Source: an uncultured Acidobacteriota bacterium
GTDB taxonomy: Bacteria; Acidobacteriota; JAQAZP01
Direction of reading: 5' to 3'
DNA: 64,000 bases
Assembly: GCA_963836075.1 (NCBI GenBank)
Contig: CAWIIB010000001.1
Location: 672,001-736,000 of the forward strand
Of the stretch, positions 51,423 to 59,640 are shown in pieces. A model generated the notes under the pieces. The model did not search any database. It was not told the origin of the DNA and saw only the letters and a list, made by a program, of their open reading frames with translations. Both the position numbers and the translations under genes were made by a program. Within the stretch, counting starts at the first letter, position 1, and the number at the start of each line of letters is the position of its first letter.

Positions 51423-54098
51423 ATGACCAAAAGCGACAAAACAACCCCGGTAATGCGGCAGTTCCTGGAGATCAAGGCGCAGCACAAGGACGCCATCCTC
51501 TTCTTCCGCATGGGTGACTTTTACGAGATGTTCTACGAGGACGCGGTGGTGGCCTCGCGGGACATGGAGATAGCCCTGACCTCCCGCGACCGCAATAGCG
51601 ACAACCCGGTGCCGATGTGCGGCGTTCCCTTCCACGCCGCCGAGGGCTACATCGCCCGGCTGATCCGCAAGGGGCACCGGGTGGCCATCTGCGACCAGGT
51701 GGAGGACCCCCGGGCGGCCAAGGGGCTGGTGCGCCGGGCGGTCACCCGGGTGGTGACCCCGGGGACGGTGACCGACGCCGGCCTGCTGGAGGCCCGGGAG
51801 AACAACTTCATCTGCGGCGTGGCGCTGACGTCCGGCGGCGGGGCGGGGGCGGCGTTCCTCGACGTCTCCACCGGCCGCTTCCTGCTGGCCGAGTCGGAGG
51901 AGGAGGAGCCGCTGGAGTTCCTGCGCCGCGAGCTGGCCCGCTACCGGCCGCGGGAGCTGGTGCACGCGGCCCCCGCGGAACCGCCCTCCCCGGCGGACCA
52001 GGAACTGAAGCAGATGCTGGACAACGCCGTGCCGGAAAACGGTGAGGACCAGCCGCTGTTCAGCCCGTGGCCGCCCTGGTCCTTTGGCGAGGAATCGGCC
52101 CGGCGCGCGCTCACCGACCAGCTGGGGGTGGCCACCCTGGACGGCTACGGCTGCCAGGACCGCACGCTGGCGGTGCGGGCCGCCGGCGGGTTGCTGCACT
52201 ACCTCCAGGAGACCCAGGGGGCGGCGCTAAACCACATCGACTCGCTCACCTGGTGCGCCACCGGCCGCTACATGACCCTCGACCCGGCCACGGTGAAAAA
52301 CCTCGAACTGGTGAACAGCATGGAGGGCGGCCGGGAGGGATCGCTGATCTCGGCGCTGGACCTGACCTTCACCGGCATGGGCGGCCGCAAGCTGCGCGAC
52401 TGGTTTCTCCGCCCGCTGCTGGACGCCGACGAGATCCGCCGCCGCCAGGAGGGGGTGGAGGAACTGCTGTCCGATGTCACCGCCCGCAGCCGGCTCAGCG
52501 ACCGGCTGAAACAGATCTTCGACCTGGAGCGCCTGCTGGGCCGGGTGGTGCTGGCCACCGCCGGGCCGCGGGACATGGTGGCGCTGAAGAGCTCCATCGC
52601 CCTGCTCCCCGGCCTGCGCGAGGAGCTGGGCCGCCTCTCCACCCCGGTGATGGACGGGCTGCACCAGGGACTGGACCTGCTGGATGATGTGCACGACCTG
52701 CTGGAACGGGCGATCAACCCCGAACCACCGGCCACCATCCGCGACCCCGGACTGATCCGCGACGGGTACAGCCCCGAACTGGACCAGTTGCGCACGGTGG
52801 CCCGGGAGGGCAAGCAGACCATCGCCGGCATCGAGGCCCGGGAGCGGACACGCACCGGCATCGCCACACTCAAGGTGAAGTACAACCGGGTCTTCGGCTA
52901 TTTCATCGAGATCTCCAAGGCCAACCTGGCCGGCGGGGTGCCCGAGGACTACGAACGGAAACAGACCATGGTGGGCGCGGAACGCTTCATCACCCCGGAG
53001 CTGAAAGAATACGAAGAGCGGGTGGTGGGCGCCGAGGAGCGGATCAGCGACCTGGAGCAGCAGCTGTTTGCCGAGGTGCGGCAGCTGACCGCCGACCAGG
53101 CGGGGCGGATCAAGGGCTCCGCCGACCGGGTGGCCACCCTCGACGTGCTGCTCTGCCTGGCCGAAGCCGCCGCCAGCCACCGCTACTGCCGGCCGCAGAT
53201 CACCGCCGGGAAGCGGCTGAGCATCTCCGCCGGCCGCCACCCGGTGATCGAACAGCTCTCCCCCACCGGCGAACGCTTCGTCCCCAACGACGTGCTGCTG
53301 GACGATGCCGAGAACCAGATCCTGATCATCACCGGGCCGAACATGGGCGGCAAGTCGACCTACCTGCGGCAGGTGGCCCTGATCACCCTGATGGCCCACA
53401 CCGGCTCCTTTGTGCCGGCGGCGGCGGCGGAAATTCCCCTGGTGGACCGCATCTTCACCCGGGTGGGGGCCAGCGACTCCCTGGTCCGCGGCCACTCCAC
53501 CTTCATGGTGGAGATGATCGAGACGGCCAACATCCTCAACAACGCCACCCCGCGCAGCCTGGTGATCCTCGATGAGGTGGGCCGGGGCACCAGCACCTTC
53601 GACGGGGTGAGCATCGCCTGGGCGGTGGTGGAGCACCTGCACAACTCGGAACGGGTGGCCGCCAAATCCCTCTTCGCCACCCACTTCTACGAGCTGACCG
53701 AGCTGGCCGTCACCCTGCCCCGGGTGCGCAACTTCAACATCTCGGTCAAGGAGTGGAACGACGAGATCATTTTTCTCCGCGAGGTGGTGGAGGGCGCGGC
53801 GGACCGCAGCTACGGTGTCCAGGTGGCCCGTCTGGCCGGGCTGCCGCCCCGGGTGCTGAAGCGGGCCCGGGAGATCCTGGCCAACCTGGAAGCCAGCGCC
53901 TTTGATCGCCGGGGGATGCCCCGGCTGGCCGGCGAGGGGGGGGACGGGGAACCTGCGGCCGCGGATACCGATCAGATGCGCCTCTTCACCCCCGGAGAGG
54001 ACCCCCTGCTGGACGAGATCCGCCTGCTGGAGCTGGAACAGATGACGCCCATGGAGGCGCTGAACTACCTCGCCGATCTGCAGAGAAAACTGAAATAG
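51423..54098 (+). CDS. mutS: DNA mismatch repair protein MutS
   Basis: FRMGDFYEMF, ITGPNMGGKST, STFMVEM, DEVGRGTST, SYGVQVARLAG. Confidence 0.97.
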   Translation: MTKSDKTTPVMRQFLEIKAQHKDAILFFRMGDFYEMFYEDAVVASRDMEIALTSRDRNSDNPVPMCGVPFHAAEGYIARLIRKGHRVAICDQVEDPRAAKGLVRRAVTRVVTPGTVTDAGLLEARENNFICGVALTSGGGAGAAFLDVSTGRFLLAESEEEEPLEFLRRELARYRPRELVHAAPAEPPSPADQELKQMLDNAVPENGEDQPLFSPWPPWSFGEESARRALTDQLGVATLDGYGCQDRTLAVRAAGGLLHYLQETQGAALNHIDSLTWCATGRYMTLDPATVKNLELVNSMEGGREGSLISALDLTFTGMGGRKLRDWFLRPLLDADEIRRRQEGVEELLSDVTARSRLSDRLKQIFDLERLLGRVVLATAGPRDMVALKSSIALLPGLREELGRLSTPVMDGLHQGLDLLDDVHDLLERAINPEPPATIRDPGLIRDGYSPELDQLRTVAREGKQTIAGIEARERTRTGIATLKVKYNRVFGYFIEISKANLAGGVPEDYERKQTMVGAERFITPELKEYEERVVGAEERISDLEQQLFAEVRQLTADQAGRIKGSADRVATLDVLLCLAEAAASHRYCRPQITAGKRLSISAGRHPVIEQLSPTGERFVPNDVLLDDAENQILIITGPNMGGKSTYLRQVALITLMAHTGSFVPAAAAEIPLVDRIFTRVGASDSLVRGHSTFMVEMIETANILNNATPRSLVILDEVGRGTSTFDGVSIAWAVVEHLHNSERVAAKSLFATHFYELTELAVTLPRVRNFNISVKEWNDEIIFLREVVEGAADRSYGVQVARLAGLPPRVLKRAREILANLEASAFDRRGMPRLAGEGGDGEPAAADTDQMRLFTPGEDPLLDEIRLLELEQMTPMEALNYLADLQRKLK

Positions 54099-54115
54099 AT
54101 CCAAAAAAAAATAAC

Positions 54116-54144
54116 TTGACAGAATTGTAATGCCGCCCTATGGT
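54116..54144 (+). promoter_or_regulatory. sigma70-type promoter with UP-like A tract
   Basis: TTGACA-N17-TATGGT preceded by A9 (54103-54111). Confidence 0.7.
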
Positions 54145-54205
54145 TAGGACAGAAACCGGGTCCGCGCAACGGGCGGACTCCTGCTCTTGTCTCTCGAGTC
54201 CAGCA

Positions 54206-55096
54206 ATGACACTGGAAGAACTGCAGCAGCTACGGCAGCAAGGCATTGATTGCGGACGGCAAGGTCTGTACGAAGACGCCCTGCTCAACCTCTACCGGGC
54301 CTTCAACGGGTCCGAGGACCATCCCGATTTCCAGGTCAAGGCGGCTCTCGATCTCGGCGTGCTCTACCGCATGCTGGAGAAATACACCGCGGCCGCCGAG
54401 ATGCTGGAGATCGTCGAGCAGAACAGCTCGTCACAGAGCGTCCCGCGGTTCACCGCCTACCTCGAGCGGGCCATCATCGGCTACCGCAAGAAGGATCTGG
54501 GCGGCGCCGACCAGGCCCTGGCCATGGCCGAAGAGGTGCTGGAGCAGAACGAGATGGGCCGGCTGATCGTCTATTTCCTGGTCACCCGGGCCCTGGTGGA
54601 GATGGAACGGAAGGAATATCAGCGGGGGTTGGAAATCCTCCAGCAGTCGCTGACCTTCGTGGAACTGTTCAAGAGCCGGGACCTGCGCTGCACCGTGCTC
54701 TCCAACCTCGGCCACTGCCACCTGCATCTGGGCCAGACCGCCGAAGCGCGGGAGCAGTTGCTGGAGAGCCTCTCCATCTCCCGGGAGACGGGCAACGAGC
54801 GGCGCACAGCAGAAGTCTGCAGCTGCCTGGCCCTCACCGCGCTGAAGGACGACGACCTGCCGTCGGCCAAGGAGTATGCCGCCGAGTCGTTCCGCATCTC
54901 CTACGAGCAGAAATACCGCGATATCATCCGTGACCTCTGTTACCAGATCGGCCGCTACTACCGCAATCACGGCGAGGAATCCATCGCCGAGGTCTTTTTC
55001 GAAAAAGCGGTCAATGCCGACGGCCGGCTGACCACCGACTACCTGAAACTGCTCGATACGGACCGCATGGCCTCCGGCGAGGGTATGCACGACTGA
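54206..55096 (+). CDS. tetratricopeptide repeat protein
   Basis: Repeated TPR helices (LSNLGHCHLHLGQTAEA; YQIGRYY...A..FFEKA); the track start at 54140 falls inside the -10 box. Confidence 0.8.
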   Translation: MTLEELQQLRQQGIDCGRQGLYEDALLNLYRAFNGSEDHPDFQVKAALDLGVLYRMLEKYTAAAEMLEIVEQNSSSQSVPRFTAYLERAIIGYRKKDLGGADQALAMAEEVLEQNEMGRLIVYFLVTRALVEMERKEYQRGLEILQQSLTFVELFKSRDLRCTVLSNLGHCHLHLGQTAEAREQLLESLSISRETGNERRTAEVCSCLALTALKDDDLPSAKEYAAESFRISYEQKYRDIIRDLCYQIGRYYRNHGEESIAEVFFEKAVNADGRLTTDYLKLLDTDRMASGEGMHD

Positions 55097-55119
55097 AGAC
55101 GACAACAAAGGAAAAGATC

Positions 55120-55899
55120 ATGAACATCTCACTCTTCAAACGGTTGGCGGTTCCGCTGCTCCTGCTGCCGTTGATGGCCCTCTGGGTCCCTGGTGCCGGG
55201 GCCAACGTCATCGAGGACGGTGACGGCAGGATGTGGCAGGCGACCTACGCCCGCAACGGGGCCCACTTCCAGGTGCGCGTCGAAGTGACCCAGGGGGCCG
55301 AACCGGCCTTCGCCTTCTGGGCCACCAGCGGCGCCACCAACAGCATCGATCCTTTCCTGTTCACCGACGGGAGCCAGGTCTGGGTGGTCTGGAGCCAGGA
55401 GCGGCTGTCCATCGGCGGCACCTACGACATCTTCCTCCGCCAGATCTATCTCGACGGCACCGTGGACGAGCCGGCAAGCCAGGTGACCAAGGCCAACGAT
55501 GCCGCCATCAGCGACCGGACCCCCTGCGGCGCGGTCTGTCCCCTGGGGTTCCACGTGGCCTTCAAGCGTGAGACCAGCACGCCGGCGAGACTGGCCAAGA
55601 GCATCTGCTACCTGAACAACATCCCGGGGGATGGTTCCAGCACCGGGCTCTGGATCGACGCCGAGATGGAGTGCATCCCGATCATCGAGGACCACGACGG
55701 CACCGAGCCGACGCTGCTGCTGGGCAACGGGGACGACGGTTCGCCCACCATGGTGGTCTTCAAGGACTGGATCACCGTACACGTCCTGGGCGAAGGCAGC
55801 AAAAAGAAGTCGAGCTGCGCCATCTGGGAGCGGGTGCTCAACTCCAGCGACCCCAACCCCTGGGAGAAGGTGCTGGTGCACCTGCCGTTGAACCCCTAG
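55120..55899 (+). CDS. secreted hypothetical protein with SDPNPWE near the C-terminus
   Basis: RBS AAGGA, signal peptide MNISLFKRLAVPLLLLPLMALWVPGAGA, beta-rich, several Cys. Confidence 0.8.
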   Translation: MNISLFKRLAVPLLLLPLMALWVPGAGANVIEDGDGRMWQATYARNGAHFQVRVEVTQGAEPAFAFWATSGATNSIDPFLFTDGSQVWVVWSQERLSIGGTYDIFLRQIYLDGTVDEPASQVTKANDAAISDRTPCGAVCPLGFHVAFKRETSTPARLAKSICYLNNIPGDGSSTGLWIDAEMECIPIIEDHDGTEPTLLLGNGDDGSPTMVVFKDWITVHVLGEGSKKKSSCAIWERVLNSSDPNPWEKVLVHLPLNP

Positions 55900-55901
55900 G
55901 G

Positions 55902-55958
55902 TGGCCGCCGGTCCCGGGGGGCGCTGCCCCCCACCGGCCATGGAGGGTCATTTTTTTT
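55902..55958 (+). terminator. terminator-like hairpin
   Basis: GCCGGT-CCC-GGGGGGC-GCT-GCCCCCC-ACCGGC, with a T8 run at 55951-55958. Confidence 0.5.
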
Positions 55959-55965
55959 GACTGTG

Positions 55966-56079
55966 ATGTTTACTTATATGTACGTTAACACGGAACAGGA
56001 AAGACCTCCCGGCCGACCCCTGCGCAGCACCAGCGACCCGAACCCCTGGGAAGAGGCCTCGATCACCTTCAGCCGATGA
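55966..56079 (+). CDS. candidate small ORF (33-37 aa) carrying a second SDPNPWE
   Basis: Manual translation MFTYMYVNTEQERPPGRPLRSTSDPNPWEEASITFSR; motif matches the upstream protein with synonymous codon differences; RBS weak. Confidence 0.5.
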   Translation: MFTYMYVNTEQERPPGRPLRSTSDPNPWEEASITFSR

Positions 56080-58264
56080 TCTGCAGATCAGGTGAAAATT
56101 CCGCCAGCAGCTCCTTTTCCTCTCCCGAATCGAAGCGGATCCGGATCCGGCCCCCGGCAGTGTCCAGCACCCGGCCCGGGCCCAGGCGGGGGTGCGAGAC
56201 CAGGTCCCCGGCCACCGGCGCCCGGCTGCCGGGCTCCTTGTGGTCCGGCGGGCGCCCGTCACCGTCGAGGAAGGACCCCACAGTCCTGCCGGCCTCGGGC
56301 AACGGCCCGCTGCTCTCGATCAGCTCCCGGGGCAGGCGGTCGATGAAACGGCTGGGCCAGGGGGCAGCCCCGCGGCGGGCAACGGTGAGCATGTGGGTCA
56401 TCAGCAGGTGCCGCCGGGCCCTGGTCATGGCGACGAAGAGCAATCGCCGCTCCTCCTCGAACTCCGGCGTGCCCTCGTCCTTGTTGGCCAGCGGCAGCAG
56501 CCCCTCGTTGAGGCCGATGATGAACACCGCGTCGAACTCCAGGCCCTTGGCCGCGTGGATGGTCATCAGGTTCAGCGCTCGCCCCGGGGGCCCCAGGTCG
56601 TCCCTGCCGGTTCCCATGCTCAACGAGACCTCGGACAGAAAGGCCGACCAGGCGTCCCAGGGCTCCAGCCCCTCCTGGTCGGCGGCCCGGCCGCGGATCT
56701 CCAGGATCCGCTGCCACAGTTCCTCCCCCGCCGCGGTGTGCACCCCGATCTCCTGCTCCCGGAAACCGCTGCGCTCCACCGCCAGGTCGAATATTTCCGC
56801 CGGTGAGCGGACCATCAGTTCGGCGCCCAGCTCCTCCAGGGCGGCGGCAAAGAGCGAGGCCCGCTCCCGGGTCCGCCGGGGCAGGTCGTCCAGGTCGTCC
56901 AGCGAGAGCAGCAGCTGGCCCAGGGTCAGGCCGTGACCTTCCGCCGCCTGCCGCAGACTGCCCAGCATCAGCGGGGTCAGCTTCCATGCCGGCAGGGTCG
57001 CGGCCGCGCAGAGGCTCAGCTGGTCGTCCGGGTTGGTCAGGGCCTTGAACAGCGCCATCAGCTTGCGCACCGGGGGCAGGTGGAGGAGGTTCTTCGGGGC
57101 CACCACCCGCAGCGGCACGCCGTCCCGGCGCAGCGCCGCCTCCACCCGGGGGGCCTGGGCGTTGACCCGGTAGAGTACGGCCATGGAACCGAAGGGGATC
57201 GATTCCTCACTGTTCAGCCGCCGGGCTTCCCGGGACACCAGGTCGGCCTGGTCCCGCTCGTCGTCACAGGCGATGAGCCGCAGCGGCGGCCCGGCATCGT
57301 TCTCGGTCCAGGGGGGCCGGGGCGCTGCCTGGGCCAGTTCCTCCGGGTCGGCCAGTACCGCGGCCGCCTGCAGGATGGTGGAGCTGGAGCGGTAGTGCTG
57401 CACCAGGGAGCAGGTCCGCGACCCGGGGTATTCCTGGTGGAAGCGGCGGAAGATCTCCGGACAGGCGCCGCGCCAGGTGTAGATGCTCTGGTTGGGGTCC
57501 CCCACCACGTAGAGGTTTTTCTGCGGCCCCAGCAGACCCTTGAGCAGCAGATACTGCAGGCGGTCGGTGTCCTGGAACTCGTCCACCAGGATGTGGTCGA
57601 ACCGCTGCCCCAGCCGCTGCCGCACCTCGGCATGGTCGATGAGCATGCGCAGCGGCAAAAGGATCAGGTCGTCAAAGTCGAGGGCGTTGGCCGAGGCCAG
57701 CCGCTGCTGGTAGAGCCGGTGCAGTTCCCGCTCCAGTGAGCCTGCCTCTGTTTCGGGCGCCCCCACACAGCCGCTCTGCTTCAGTTGCACGATGTTGCGC
57801 AGCAGCTCCGCCGGCCGCGGACGCCCGCCGTCCTGATCCAGCGCGGCGGCCAGCTCGCCGATCAGGGCCTGCCGCTCGGACTCGTCGTAGATGGTGAACC
57901 CCCGGCGGTAGCCGTACTGCTCCAGCGGCAGCTCCTCGTTGAGCAGCCGGCGGCAGACCGAGTGGAAGGTGCCGAAAAAGCGGATCGAGCCGGCCACTCC
58001 GGGCCCCAGCAACTGGAGGACCCGCTCTCTCATCTCCCTGGCCGCACGGTTGGTGAAGGTCAGTACCAGCAGACGGTCCGGACGGGCACGGCCGGTTTCC
58101 AGCAGCCAGGCCAGCCGCCGGGTGAGCACCCGGGTCTTGCCGCTGCCCACCGCCGCCTCCACCAGCACCGGTCCCTCACCGGCCAGCACCGCCTCCCGCT
58201 GCAGCGGGTTGAGACCTTCCAGCGCCTGCGGTTCGTTCTGCTCTTCTGTTCCCTGCTCGTTCAT
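56069..58264 (-). CDS. UvrD/PcrA-family ATP-dependent DNA helicase
   Basis: GSGKT, TFTNRAA.EM, GTFH, VDEFQD, VGDPNQSIY.WRGA, TIHAAKGLEF, EERRLLFVAMTRA, C-terminal Tudor-like VSHPRLG.G. Confidence 0.92.
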   Translation of the reverse strand: MNEQGTEEQNEPQALEGLNPLQREAVLAGEGPVLVEAAVGSGKTRVLTRRLAWLLETGRARPDRLLVLTFTNRAAREMRERVLQLLGPGVAGSIRFFGTFHSVCRRLLNEELPLEQYGYRRGFTIYDESERQALIGELAAALDQDGGRPRPAELLRNIVQLKQSGCVGAPETEAGSLERELHRLYQQRLASANALDFDDLILLPLRMLIDHAEVRQRLGQRFDHILVDEFQDTDRLQYLLLKGLLGPQKNLYVVGDPNQSIYTWRGACPEIFRRFHQEYPGSRTCSLVQHYRSSSTILQAAAVLADPEELAQAAPRPPWTENDAGPPLRLIACDDERDQADLVSREARRLNSEESIPFGSMAVLYRVNAQAPRVEAALRRDGVPLRVVAPKNLLHLPPVRKLMALFKALTNPDDQLSLCAAATLPAWKLTPLMLGSLRQAAEGHGLTLGQLLLSLDDLDDLPRRTRERASLFAAALEELGAELMVRSPAEIFDLAVERSGFREQEIGVHTAAGEELWQRILEIRGRAADQEGLEPWDAWSAFLSEVSLSMGTGRDDLGPPGRALNLMTIHAAKGLEFDAVFIIGLNEGLLPLANKDEGTPEFEEERRLLFVAMTRARRHLLMTHMLTVARRGAAPWPSRFIDRLPRELIESSGPLPEAGRTVGSFLDGDGRPPDHKEPGSRAPVAGDLVSHPRLGPGRVLDTAGGRIRIRFDSGEEKELLAEFSPDLQIIG

Positions 58265-58377
58265 GGCGGCAGATTGTACACCATTTTACTTTGCACCCGG
58301 CGCCTCCTATAGTGGCCCAGTTGTCATTGCGAGGAGCCCGCGCAACGGGCGACGCACCAATCTCTCTCGAGGCCCAG

Positions 58378-59640
58378 ATGCAAAACAAGCGCACCGTGAT
58401 CGTGGTGGGCGGCGGCGCCGCCGGTCTGATGGCCGCCGGTATGGCAGCGGAAGCCGGGGCCCGGGTGCTGGTGCTGGAAAAAAAAAGCCGCACGGCCCTC
58501 AAGCTGGGGATCACCGGCAAGGGCCGCTGCAACCTGACCAACACCGCCCAGCTGACCGACTTCATCGCCCGCTTCGGACGGAACGGACGGTTCCTGCGCA
58601 CCGCTTTTTCCGGCTTCTTCTCCCGGCAGCTGATCAGCTTCTTCGAGGAGCGCGGGGTGCAGACGAAAAGCGAACGGGGCGGCCGGGTCTTCCCCGCCGG
58701 CAACGAGGCCCGCCTGGTGGTGCGCGCCCTCAAGGACTGGGCCGCGGAGTGCGGCGCCCGCACCAGGTGCAAGGCAAAGGTCACGGAACTGGTGATCGTG
58801 GAGGGCCGGGTGACCGGCGTACGCGTGGAAAACAAAAGCGGGACGGATCTGCTGGAGGCCGATGCCGTGATCCTGGCCGCCGGCGGCGCCTCGTACCCGG
58901 TCACCGGTTCCGACGGCAGCGGCGCAACCCTGGCCGCAGCCGCCGGTCACCGGATCGTCCCGCTCCGTCCGGCACTGGTGCCGCTGGAGACCGCGGGGAA
59001 TACGGCCCGGCGGATGCAGGGCCTGAGCCTGCGCAACGTGGGCCTGGAGGTCTACATCGAGGGGCGCAAACGGGACAGCCACTTCGGTGAACTGCTCTTC
59101 ACCCACTTCGGCGTCTCCGGCCCCATCGTGCTCTCGGCCAGCCGGAGCATCGTCCCCGCACTGGAAGAAAACCGCAAGGTGACCCTGGCCCTCGACCTCA
59201 AACCGGCCCTGGAGCACCGCAAGCTGGACGCCCGGCTGCTCCGCGACATCGACGCCCACGGCAAACAGCAGGCCCGTAACCTGCTCAAGGGCCTGCTGCC
59301 GCGACTGCTGATCCCGGTCTGCATCGACGAAACCGGCATCTCCCCGGAAGCGCCGGCCCACCAGATCGGTGCCGCGCAGCGCAAGCGGCTGCGAACCTGG
59401 CTCAAGGATTTCCGTCTGGAGGTCACCGGCCACCGGGGCTTTGCCGAGGCCATCGTCACCGCCGGAGGCGTGGACCTTCGTGAGGTGAACCCGGAAACCA
59501 TGGAGTCGCGGAAGGTCAAGGGCCTCCACATCGCCGGTGAAGTGCTGGACCTGGACGGCGACACCGGCGGCTACAACCTCCAGGCCGCCTTCTCCACGGG
59601 GAGGCTGGCCGGGATTTCGGCGGCGATGCCGCCCATTTAG
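58378..59640 (+). CDS. HI0933/YhiN-family flavoprotein
   Basis: GGGAAG, TGKGRCNLTN, GRVFP, LFTHFGVSGP, VTAGGV, GGYNLQAAFSTG. Confidence 0.92.
   Translation: MQNKRTVIVVGGGAAGLMAAGMAAEAGARVLVLEKKSRTALKLGITGKGRCNLTNTAQLTDFIARFGRNGRFLRTAFSGFFSRQLISFFEERGVQTKSERGGRVFPAGNEARLVVRALKDWAAECGARTRCKAKVTELVIVEGRVTGVRVENKSGTDLLEADAVILAAGGASYPVTGSDGSGATLAAAAGHRIVPLRPALVPLETAGNTARRMQGLSLRNVGLEVYIEGRKRDSHFGELLFTHFGVSGPIVLSASRSIVPALEENRKVTLALDLKPALEHRKLDARLLRDIDAHGKQQARNLLKGLLPRLLIPVCIDETGISPEAPAHQIGAAQRKRLRTWLKDFRLEVTGHRGFAEAIVTAGGVDLREVNPETMESRKVKGLHIAGEVLDLDGDTGGYNLQAAFSTGRLAGISAAMPPI

Noticed and set aside
54140-54205. Track start codon 54140 for the TPR gene, and other extended N-termini (550, 8207, 33963, 51258)
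   Set aside because: They overlap promoter boxes or neighbouring genes. Downstream starts fit RBS, signal peptides or family N-termini better.
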